A stretch of DNA of 64,000 nt from Candidatus Latescibacterota bacterium (GTDB taxonomy: Bacteria > Latescibacterota > UBA2968 > UBA8231), in NCBI GenBank assembly GCA_965261395.1, contig OZ253462.1, positions 4,928,001-4,992,000 of the forward strand, read 5' to 3'. Positions within the stretch are counted from its first letter, which is position 1; each line of letters starts with the position of its first letter. The notes under the pieces were generated by a model. The model ran no database searches and was not told the origin of the DNA. It saw nothing but the letters and a program-made list of their open reading frames with translations. Both the position numbers and the translations under genes were made by a program. Shown here piece by piece: positions 29,798 to 38,381 of this stretch.

Positions 29798-31690
29798 ATG
29801 ACCCAAATCGACCCCCAAGAGTATCAAAAGAGCCTCGACCGCCTGTCGGGCATCCTCGCGGGCATCGCCACCCATGCCGACGAACAGGCGACCTTCCGCT
29901 GCCCGTACAAGAACCGCTTCGACCAGTGCACCGCCCGCTTCGGCTGCCGCAACCAGCGCAAGCCGCAAAAACCGGACGGGCTGTTCCAGTGCGGCGGCGA
30001 CGACCAACTCGATTACCGCTCGGCCTGGGAATCGGCTCAACGCCCGTCCACACCCGGTCGCGGGCAAATCCGCTGCGACAACACCTCCTACCCGCTGTCC
30101 ACTGGCGGCACCCTCTTCGACTACGCGGACCAGCTCGGCGCCCGAGTGCCCACCTCCTGCGGACGCACCGGCCATTGCCACGAGTGCATCGTCGAGGTCA
30201 CAAGCGGCGCACAAGCCCTTAGCGCACCAACGCCGGCCGAGGACTTCCTCCGTGGCGAGTTCCGGCTCGCCTGCCAAGCCAAAGTCGAAGACGCCGATGT
30301 CGATATCGAGTTCGCACCGCTTTTTCGCACGCCCCGGATACTGACCCAGACCGTGGACCGCCCCGCCGAGATTGACCCCGTAGTCCAGCGGCGAGGACAA
30401 GCTATCTACTACGGCGACGAGGAAATCGACGAGTACCGCGGCCACATCTACGGGTTAGCCATCGACTTGGGCACCACCACCATCGTCCTCGACTTAGTTG
30501 ATCTAGAAACGGGCGAGAGCGTGCAGTTGAGCGCGTTTGAAAACCCGCAGCGCTTTGGCGGCAGCGACATCATGCACCGCATTTCCTACGACGGGCAACA
30601 CCCTGGCGAACTGCGCCAATCCCTAGTCAAGGCGCTCAACCACGAGATCGAGAACCTCTGCCGGCGCGGCGGCTTTGTGCGGCAGGAGATTTACGAGATC
30701 GCAATCGCCGGCAACTCGACGATGCGCGACATCCTCTTTCGCCTCGACGTGCAGAGCATCGGCCAAAAACCCTACAAATCGAGCATTGAGCACGAATATC
30801 TAAACGGCGAACGCACCGCGACCAGCCTAGTCGAAAAGACCCGCCGCCTCGGCCTGAAGGCCAATCCCAAAGCGCGCGCGTACTCTCTGCCGCTGATTGC
30901 CAGCCACGTCGGGGCAGATGTAGCCGCCGACTTAGTCGCCGTCGATATGGACCTTACCAGCGAGAGCGCGATGCTAGTCGATGTGGGCACCAATACCGAA
31001 GTCGTCGTCGCGCACCAAGGCCGTCTCGTCGCGGCCTCCTGCCCGGCCGGCCCGGCCTTTGAGGGCGGCGGCATCACCTATGGTATGCCCGGCTGCGACG
31101 GAGCTATTGAGTCCATCCGCTGGGACGGCACGCGCTGGCAGTGGGAAACCATCGGTGACACCGCGCCGGCGGGACTGTGCGGTTCCGGGCTAATCGACCT
31201 CCTCGCCGAGTTGCGCCGCCACGATTTAATGGCCCCCAAGGGCGTCTTCGCCGACAAAAAGCGCCAGTTTGAGCTAGTCCCCGAACGCGGTATCACCTTC
31301 TCGCGCCTCGACGCCTCCAACCTCGCCCAAGCCAAAGCCGCTAATTTCTGCGGCCAGTACATCGTCTTGCGGACCTTGGGCCTGAATCCAGGCGACGTGC
31401 AACAACTCTATCTCGCCGGCGGCTTTGCCAACTACGTCGATGTCCAAGCCGCCATCGACATCGGCTTTTTGGCCCCCGTGCCCACAGCGCGCATCGCCAA
31501 GGTGGGCAACGCCGCCGTCCAAGGCGCGCGCGAAGTGCTGCTCTCCGCCGGCAAACGCGCCCGCATCGAAGCACTGGCCAAGCGCATTGAGCACGTCGAG
31601 TTGGAGACGACCCCCGACTTTTTTGAGCTCTTCGTCGAGGGCTGCCAATTCAAACCCATGCCCCTAAAACTGACCGCTGCCTCTGTCTGA
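29798..31690 (+). CDS. ASKHA-domain reductive activator of corrinoid proteins (RACo/RamA-like) with [2Fe-2S] domain and Cys-rich N-terminal extension
   Basis: SCGRTGHCHEC...RLACQ; IDLGTTT, NPQ.FG.D, GNSTM, VGAD, DVGTNTE, AGPAFEG, GLCGSG, LAGGF, GNAA. Confidence 0.92.
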   Translation: MTQIDPQEYQKSLDRLSGILAGIATHADEQATFRCPYKNRFDQCTARFGCRNQRKPQKPDGLFQCGGDDQLDYRSAWESAQRPSTPGRGQIRCDNTSYPLSTGGTLFDYADQLGARVPTSCGRTGHCHECIVEVTSGAQALSAPTPAEDFLRGEFRLACQAKVEDADVDIEFAPLFRTPRILTQTVDRPAEIDPVVQRRGQAIYYGDEEIDEYRGHIYGLAIDLGTTTIVLDLVDLETGESVQLSAFENPQRFGGSDIMHRISYDGQHPGELRQSLVKALNHEIENLCRRGGFVRQEIYEIAIAGNSTMRDILFRLDVQSIGQKPYKSSIEHEYLNGERTATSLVEKTRRLGLKANPKARAYSLPLIASHVGADVAADLVAVDMDLTSESAMLVDVGTNTEVVVAHQGRLVAASCPAGPAFEGGGITYGMPGCDGAIESIRWDGTRWQWETIGDTAPAGLCGSGLIDLLAELRRHDLMAPKGVFADKKRQFELVPERGITFSRLDASNLAQAKAANFCGQYIVLRTLGLNPGDVQQLYLAGGFANYVDVQAAIDIGFLAPVPTARIAKVGNAAVQGAREVLLSAGKRARIEALAKRIEHVELETTPDFFELFVEGCQFKPMPLKLTAASV

Positions 31691-31697
31691 GAAGGCC

Positions 31698-33269
31698 ATG
31701 CGAGAGACCACCACTCTGCGCCATCTGCTAGAGGAGACCGACCGCTTTATCACCTGCGTCGAACTGGTCACTTCCCGGGGCACCTTGGCCGACCGCAGTG
31801 GCAAGCGGGTGCTGGAGATGGCCCGCACTCTAGCTGCCGATCCGCGCTTTGACGCCCTCTCGATTACCGACAATCCCGGTGGCAATCCCATGATCACCGC
31901 GGACGCGCTGGGCACTCCGCTCAAAGAGGGCGGCCAAGAAGTCATCATCCACCTCTCCTGCAAGGATTTCAACCGCAACGGGCTGCTGGGCCAAGCCTGG
32001 AAGCTGGCCAATGGGGGCTTCGACAATATTCTCACTTTGTCGGGCGATTACCCCATCGCCGGATACCAAGGCCAAGCCGGCGGCGTGTTCGACATCGATT
32101 CAGTCGGCCTATTGCAATTGCTCGCCGACATGAACGAGGGGCGCTTTGAGGATGCCTCGCCGGGCCACAAGCCGCGTCCCTTAAAACCCACCCGCTTTTT
32201 TCTCGGTGCCGCAGTCAACAACCACAAGCGGCTCGAAGCCGAGGTCATGCCGCAGTATTTCAAGCTGGCCAAAAAGATCCGCACCGGCGCCCGCTTCATC
32301 ATCAGCCAAATCGGCTACGACGCCCGCAAGCAGGACGAGCTGCTCAAGTACATGGCCCTGCACAACCTCCAAGTTCCGGTCATCGCCAATGTCTTCGTCT
32401 TGTCCGAGGGCGTGGCCCGCTTTTTCCACTCCGGCCGCATCCCCGGCGTCGAGGTCACCGACGAATTGCTCGCCGTGGCGCAAAAGCAAGCCGCCTCCCC
32501 CGATAAGGGCAGGGCCTTCTTCCTCGAATTCGCCGCTCAGCAGTGCGCCATTGCCCAGGGCCTAGGCTACCGCGGCGTGTACTTGGGAGGCCACATCGGG
32601 GTCGAGGAATACGGCCGCATTTTGGAACTAGCCGCACAGTACGCCCCAGACGACTGGCGCGATTTTGCCCGCCAGATCCGCTACTCGCGCCCCGGCGAAT
32701 TCTTCTACTTTGAAGAAGACCCCGACACCGGCTTGGCCTCCGCCCAAGTTAACCAAACCTATCTCGACTCAAAGACGCCCAACGGTCGGCAAAAAGCTCG
32801 CCGCCAAGCCTCCCTAATGTACAGGATAAATCGCCAGATCCACGATCGAGTCTTTGAGCCGGGCAAGGCCCTGTTCCGCCTAGGGACCGCCCTGTCGCGC
32901 AAAGCCGATGAGGGGAAACTGCAAAAGCCCCTGCACACCGTGGAGCACGCGCTCAAAATCGCGGCCTTTGACTGCCGCGACTGCGGCGATTGCTCGCTGC
33001 CGGACATCGCCTATTTGTGCCCGGAATCGCAGTGTGTCAAAAATCAGCGCAACGGCCCCTGCGGCGGCACGCGCCAAGGCAAGTGCGAAGTCGGCGACAA
33101 GGACTGCATCTGGGCGCGCGCGTACGATCGCCTCAAAGGCTATGGCGAAGAGGAACAAATGCTCGGCGACACAACCGTCATCAAGGACGCGGCCTTACAG
33201 GGCACCAGTGCCTGGGCCAACGCCTTTTTGCAAAGGGATCACCGTGGGAAGAAGAAAGATTCTCAGTAA
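31698..33269 (+). CDS. metF: Methylenetetrahydrofolate reductase fused to C-terminal Cys-rich MetV/MTHFR_C domain
   Basis: SITDNPGG, HLSCKDFNR, LSGDYP, DIDSV, KKIRTGA.FIISQ; C-terminal CRDCGDC...CPESQCVKNQRNGPCGG...CE...CIW. Confidence 0.88.
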   Translation: MRETTTLRHLLEETDRFITCVELVTSRGTLADRSGKRVLEMARTLAADPRFDALSITDNPGGNPMITADALGTPLKEGGQEVIIHLSCKDFNRNGLLGQAWKLANGGFDNILTLSGDYPIAGYQGQAGGVFDIDSVGLLQLLADMNEGRFEDASPGHKPRPLKPTRFFLGAAVNNHKRLEAEVMPQYFKLAKKIRTGARFIISQIGYDARKQDELLKYMALHNLQVPVIANVFVLSEGVARFFHSGRIPGVEVTDELLAVAQKQAASPDKGRAFFLEFAAQQCAIAQGLGYRGVYLGGHIGVEEYGRILELAAQYAPDDWRDFARQIRYSRPGEFFYFEEDPDTGLASAQVNQTYLDSKTPNGRQKARRQASLMYRINRQIHDRVFEPGKALFRLGTALSRKADEGKLQKPLHTVEHALKIAAFDCRDCGDCSLPDIAYLCPESQCVKNQRNGPCGGTRQGKCEVGDKDCIWARAYDRLKGYGEEEQMLGDTTVIKDAALQGTSAWANAFLQRDHRGKKKDSQ

Positions 33270-33315
33270 AGCTGGATTATCGACTAGCCCGTTACATCCC
33301 GCGCAGGCCCATCCG

Positions 33316-34974
33316 ATGATGCTCTTCCAACAACTAGTGCGCTACCTGTGGGTCGCCTGCTTGGGCACCGCAAGTGGCTGCGACCTCTTGCCGAAACCGC
33401 CCGTAGCGGAAGTAGGGCCTTACCAGATCACCGCCTCTGCGCTGCGGACTTTCGTCGCCGAATGGGCGGGGAGCAGACCCAGCTCGCAGACCGCCGAGCA
33501 AGCCCGTCGGCATTATCTGCAGACCATGATCGACGCCCGTCTATTGCTGGTAGAAGCTCGTTCCCGCGGAATCGATACCACACAGGCCGTGCGCGCAACG
33601 GTTCAGGACGCAATCGACAACCAGGTCAGCGCCCTCTATCGGGCCCGCGAAATCACGGATGCAATCGCAATTCCCGAAGACGAGATTCGCGCCTATTTCG
33701 ACGATGAGGGGTATGGCCTAGAGCGCAAAGTCAGCGGCATACTGGTGGAGAGCCAGAGTGAGGCTGATTCGGTTTTGACCCTATTGCGCGCCGGACGGCC
33801 CTTTGCAGAAGTAGCTGCTGCCTACTCCATAGATGCGCGCTCGGCCCGCCAAGGCGGCGAGCTGGGGTTCATAGGGCGCGACATGGCACCGCGGATCCAC
33901 ATCCCACCGGAGGTTTTCCGCACCCTTCCCCTCGGCACAATCTCGGAACCCATGTACACGGGCAAGTACTGGAACATTGTGCGCTTCACCGAAGAGCGGC
34001 CCGCCTCCTACGACAAGTATCGGGACTCCATCAAAAGGCAGCTCTTTGCAGAGCGATCTGCCCAAGCCACAAGGGAACACCTCGAACTGCTCCAGAACGC
34101 CTCTGAGGTGCGGCTGCGCGAAGAGGCCCTGCAACAGCTAGTAACCGCCTACCGACTACAGGACCTTTCCCCACTGACCGCGGAATCGCTTCCCCTATAT
34201 ACTTTTGACGAAGGCGAGATCACCGTGGCAGCAGCGGTGAAGGTTTTGCAGGAACAAAACATCGGCTCCGGGTTCGCCGACAGCGTTCAGGCAGCCTCCA
34301 CGCTCAAGCGCATCGTACTGAATCCCTTCCTCATCAAAGAGGCCGCACGGCGGGCCGGCTACTACCAAAAACCCGCAATCCAGCGGCTAAAAAAGACCAA
34401 AGAAGAGGAAGCCTTGCTCAACGGTCTCAAAGAGACTATAACGCGGGGAATAGATATATCCGACGCCGACGTGCGCCGCTACTACGACAGCCACCCCGAA
34501 ATTTTTAGCCACGAACCTGCCCTATGGGTTGAGGAACTACTCCTGCCCAGTGCCGACGAGGCTCAAGAAAAGAGCGCGCTGCTAGAAGGTGGTACTCCTT
34601 TTGCCGACCTAGCGGGCAAAAGCTTGCGGTCAGACGCTATTGAGAAGGCCAATCGATTCCATTTCCACCCGCTGGAGAAGGCCGTCTATCCCAAGCTGAT
34701 GGCGGCGGTCGAGGATGCACCCGAGGGCGAACTCGTCGGACCAGTAGCCGTCGAAGGAGGCTTTTCCCTCTTTCGCGTACTCGACCATGAGGATGCCTCC
34801 ATCGAACCCTATGAACAGGTTCGGAGGCGGGCCGCCGCCCTGCTGCGCCTAGAGCGGGAGCACTGGCACCTGCAAGCTCTGTTGAAGAAATTGCGAGAAA
34901 AGTACGCCGCCCAGATCAAGATCGACGAAGCGCGCCTGCGCGAAGCCGTACCCGACAGTCTCCTGCGACGCTAA
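33316..34974 (+). CDS. SurA/PrsA-like peptidyl-prolyl isomerase lipoprotein with two parvulin domains
   Basis: Lipobox-like TASGC; FAEVAAAYSID..SARQGGELGF; second domain PFADLA.KS...LVGPV...GGFSLFRV. Start trimmed from the 32908 ORF. Confidence 0.8.
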   Translation: MMLFQQLVRYLWVACLGTASGCDLLPKPPVAEVGPYQITASALRTFVAEWAGSRPSSQTAEQARRHYLQTMIDARLLLVEARSRGIDTTQAVRATVQDAIDNQVSALYRAREITDAIAIPEDEIRAYFDDEGYGLERKVSGILVESQSEADSVLTLLRAGRPFAEVAAAYSIDARSARQGGELGFIGRDMAPRIHIPPEVFRTLPLGTISEPMYTGKYWNIVRFTEERPASYDKYRDSIKRQLFAERSAQATREHLELLQNASEVRLREEALQQLVTAYRLQDLSPLTAESLPLYTFDEGEITVAAAVKVLQEQNIGSGFADSVQAASTLKRIVLNPFLIKEAARRAGYYQKPAIQRLKKTKEEEALLNGLKETITRGIDISDADVRRYYDSHPEIFSHEPALWVEELLLPSADEAQEKSALLEGGTPFADLAGKSLRSDAIEKANRFHFHPLEKAVYPKLMAAVEDAPEGELVGPVAVEGGFSLFRVLDHEDASIEPYEQVRRRAAALLRLEREHWHLQALLKKLREKYAAQIKIDEARLREAVPDSLLRR

Positions 34975-35152
34975 CAAGCTGTCTGGCAATTCCTAGTGCA
35001 GCTCCAACTCAGCATCCACCGAGATTGTCAGACAGCTTCTAAATCCCTTTACTCAGCCCTGCCAAATTGGTATTCTACACACAAAGTTGATGGGCCAGGA
35101 CCACCTGACCCGTTGAGTAGAGACCCGCCGCCTGCCCAATCAGGAGGTAGCC

Positions 35153-38100
35153 ATGGGACATTCCAGCAAACGACTCGTCCAGTCGTCGCCTCTTTTCTGC
35201 GCCTTGATTTTTTGTCTGAGTTTTCTCGCTGACGGGCGGGAAGCACTCGCCCAGCGCAGCAAAGGATATCGGGTTACCAACAGCAGCATCGTCGTCGAGA
35301 CCGCCGGGCACTGGCGCAACTGGCAGCTACCCGTCCATGCCGTCGATGTACTACCTGAAGGAGGGGTTCGACCCCACCGCTCGCGCCAGCGCTACAATAT
35401 CCTCGACGACCAAGCTACCTTTACCCGCCCCCTGAACGATTTCAGGCGCAAGAAAAACCAGCACGCCATCCTCAATATCGACAGCACCTTCACGCTCGAC
35501 GTACAGGGCAACGTCATTACCGACAAAAAAGACAACCCTCTCTATACCTACTTCGCCCGGCCGGGTATCAGCCGGGTAGGCTCCAATCCGCAAGCAGCGA
35601 AAAACATCCTCGATGGTGATCCGAACACCTACTGGGAACCGGACCGCAACGATCCCCTCGACGACTGGTGGATCGAGGTGGACTTGGGCAGGGTCGTGGC
35701 CGTCGATGAGATTTTGTTGCACTTCGCAAGCGAAGAGCTCGGCGACCCATTCCTGGGCTTCAGGGTTCTAATAGCGACCGACCAAGAAGCCATCATAGAA
35801 GACGCCGCCGAAGTGGACCTAGACCGCATCGGCGGCACGCAGGCACCCAACCGAGACCAGCGCGACTTCAGCTTCGCGGCACCCAACCGAGACCAGCGGG
35901 ATCTCAACTTCCCACTGGAGCAGCCTGAGAGTTCTCCTAGCTGGCGCGGCAGGCTGGTGCAGACCATTCGCATCGTCGTCACCGATACCCGCGCCGGCCG
36001 CGGCACCGAAGTCGATGAAGAGCAGTGGCTAGCGCTCGACCCGTCAGACCGGGGCGACATCGTCTACTTTGTCAAGGACCAGCAGGGTTTTGAGGAACGC
36101 TTGGACCAGAGCCGCCTCGAAGAGCCAGTAGAGACTTTCTACGACAACTTGCCACCCGAAAGGCAGGGAGCTAAAAAATTCTTCATCCGCGAGCGGCCCC
36201 GCCTAGCCGATATCGAGGTTTGGGGCTTTGGCGACAACATCAGCCCGGGGATCGTCAAGGGCGGCGGCAGCCTCTTTCTCTCAGGAGAAAATTTCTCGCC
36301 CGGCCCGGGTTTCGACGGCGACTACAATACCAATTTTATACACCTAGTCTGGTCTCCACTCATTGAGCGCGGCGTGCTGACCGTCGATATGGGTGCTTCC
36401 TTCTTCCTCGACGCCATAGCGGTTTCGACTTCGGGGCGGCGGCGCTTTATCGACGGCTATATCATGCGCGGCTCGGATGGCTCGCGGGATTCCTCCGGCC
36501 GTTTGAAGTGGCACCGCATCAGCCCGCGAGAACGCGAGGACAACAGCGTTGACCGCTACGAGCACCTCCTCGACTCGTATGAAGGGATCGAACTCCGTTT
36601 CCTCGAAATGACCGTCGTCTCCGTGGATCCCCGCCGCCGCGGCGGCTACAATACGGGAGCCGATATCGGCGAATATCAGATCTTTTCCCAAGGCTACCCC
36701 GCCGAGGTAGTGTTGACCTCGGACCTGATCGAATTGCCAGCCATTCGCAACTTCGGTCGCATCACCTACGAAAGCGAGGTCCCACCCGGCACCAACCTCG
36801 AAATTCGCACCCGATCCGGCGATCTGCTGGGCAAAATCATTCGCTACTTCGACAAATCCGGTACCGAACTCACCTTTGATTCCTGGGACGGCTTGCTCGG
36901 TAGCTACAAGGGGCCGATCGATACCTCCTTTGTGCCCGCCAGTGGCTGGAGTCCTTGGAGCCGAACTTATCAGCAGTCGGGAGATCGCGTCACTTCGCCG
37001 GGGTTGCGCAAGTTCATGCAGATCCAAGTCAAAATGGAGACCACAGACCGCAATATTGCCGCGACGGTCAACTCCATAGACATCGAACTCGTCAATCCGG
37101 TAGCCTCCAACATAGTGGCCGAGCTATGGCCGTATGAGGTAAAGGTGCCAGGACGGACCGATACCTTCGAGGTCTTTGTCCAGTCCCAGTTTATAGAGTC
37201 GCCCGCCTCCTCGCGCAGCGTCGGCTTCGACGAAATCCTCCTCGCCATGCCTCCTTCCCAAGATCTGCAACTTCTCGAAGTAGGCATCCAAGACAGCGGG
37301 GTTGGATCGGAGCGGATCTTCTCGCCCTCGGGAGACCCCACCCTCTTTGCCGATGGGGACGGCAGCCAACTCAAACTGCTGAATCCTAACTCCGATTCGC
37401 TCTGGGTGCGCCTGCCCGAATCTCTCAACGCGCTGGTGGACGCTCCCCGCATTTACAACCGCCTCACCTCCGAGGGCGAGCAAGTGCCGGTGACCGCAGA
37501 CGGCCTGTCGCTAACGGACGCAGCCTATGGCCTGCTCGAGGTAGAGGAACAGGGCGATGTCCGCTATTTCCGCCGCACCGTAGACGCCCAAGACGGGATC
37601 ACTCTGTCCGAGGTTTCCCAAGACGCCTACCAAGGACTCGATGCCGACCAGCAGGGTCCGATTCGCTACTTCCGCATCCTGCTCGGCGGTGGTGCCCAAT
37701 TTCCCTTTGATGCAGCGGGAGACTCGCTCGATGTGACGGCCTACAACCGCCTATCCTCCACCTCCCGGGGCATCGTGGTCGCTGCGGGGGCTCTAACGCG
37801 ACTGCGCTTTGCCGCCCCCGTCTTTGTCAACGGCACTACCTTGGAAATGGCCGTGCGCAACACCGGCGGCGGTGCCAATATGGCCGCGCCTTGGCAAAGC
37901 GTCGAAGCCGGCGACGCCACAGCGCTGATAGGCAGCAATGCTCTTTCGATCAACCTGCCACTCGACGCCAAGGCGATTGACGAGTTCCGCATCACTCCCA
38001 ATCCGTTTACTCCCAACGGCGATGGCATAAACGACGAGACTGAAATCCGCTTCTCTGTCTTCAAGCTCACCGCCCCACGACAGGCCCAGGTGCGGGTTTA

Positions 38101-38293
38101 CACGCTGGCGGGTCGCCCGATTTGGGAGCATACCCAGATGCTGCAAAGCGGTCGCGTCAGCGTTTTCTGGGATGGAACAGACCTGAACGGCCGCAAGGTG
38201 CCGCCTGGGCTATACATTTGCCAAGTGAATCTCGACACAGATCGGGAAAGTCGCTCGGCGACGCGGACGCGCTTACTCTCCATCGCCTATTAG
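35153..38293 (+). CDS. Large secreted protein with discoidin/F5-8C-like domains and C-terminal FlgD-Ig (CHU_C-like) domain; paralog A
   Basis: SD AGGAGG; signal peptide; ILDGDPNTYW...WIEVDLGR; PNPFTPNGDGINDE...VYTLAGR...WDGTDLNGRKVPPGLY; ends IAY. Confidence 0.85.
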   Translation: MGHSSKRLVQSSPLFCALIFCLSFLADGREALAQRSKGYRVTNSSIVVETAGHWRNWQLPVHAVDVLPEGGVRPHRSRQRYNILDDQATFTRPLNDFRRKKNQHAILNIDSTFTLDVQGNVITDKKDNPLYTYFARPGISRVGSNPQAAKNILDGDPNTYWEPDRNDPLDDWWIEVDLGRVVAVDEILLHFASEELGDPFLGFRVLIATDQEAIIEDAAEVDLDRIGGTQAPNRDQRDFSFAAPNRDQRDLNFPLEQPESSPSWRGRLVQTIRIVVTDTRAGRGTEVDEEQWLALDPSDRGDIVYFVKDQQGFEERLDQSRLEEPVETFYDNLPPERQGAKKFFIRERPRLADIEVWGFGDNISPGIVKGGGSLFLSGENFSPGPGFDGDYNTNFIHLVWSPLIERGVLTVDMGASFFLDAIAVSTSGRRRFIDGYIMRGSDGSRDSSGRLKWHRISPREREDNSVDRYEHLLDSYEGIELRFLEMTVVSVDPRRRGGYNTGADIGEYQIFSQGYPAEVVLTSDLIELPAIRNFGRITYESEVPPGTNLEIRTRSGDLLGKIIRYFDKSGTELTFDSWDGLLGSYKGPIDTSFVPASGWSPWSRTYQQSGDRVTSPGLRKFMQIQVKMETTDRNIAATVNSIDIELVNPVASNIVAELWPYEVKVPGRTDTFEVFVQSQFIESPASSRSVGFDEILLAMPPSQDLQLLEVGIQDSGVGSERIFSPSGDPTLFADGDGSQLKLLNPNSDSLWVRLPESLNALVDAPRIYNRLTSEGEQVPVTADGLSLTDAAYGLLEVEEQGDVRYFRRTVDAQDGITLSEVSQDAYQGLDADQQGPIRYFRILLGGGAQFPFDAAGDSLDVTAYNRLSSTSRGIVVAAGALTRLRFAAPVFVNGTTLEMAVRNTGGGANMAAPWQSVEAGDATALIGSNALSINLPLDAKAIDEFRITPNPFTPNGDGINDETEIRFSVFKLTAPRQAQVRVYTLAGRPIWEHTQMLQSGRVSVFWDGTDLNGRKVPPGLYICQVNLDTDRESRSATRTRLLSIAY
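35842..35913 (+). repeat. 36-bp in-frame tandem duplication (APNRDQRDFSFA / APNRDQRDLNFP)
   Basis: ggcacccaaccgagaccagcg occurs at 35842 and 35878. Confidence 0.85.
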
Positions 38294-38381
38294 GATTGTT
38301 TGACAGACAAGCGGTTTTGCCATACTTAGTTTTGGTTGTGGGATATTGGTAGTTGTGATCTACTGTTCTGAGGAGGTCGTC

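Noticed and set aside
27760-30445. Long antisense ORFs (343, 295, 374 aa) opposite the corrinoid genes
   Set aside because: Shadow ORFs expected from high-GC codon bias; no motifs, and the sense-strand genes are clearly real.
32908-33315. First 136 codons of the 688-aa PPIase ORF
   Set aside because: Overlaps metF in another frame and is low-complexity; the signal peptide starts at 33316.
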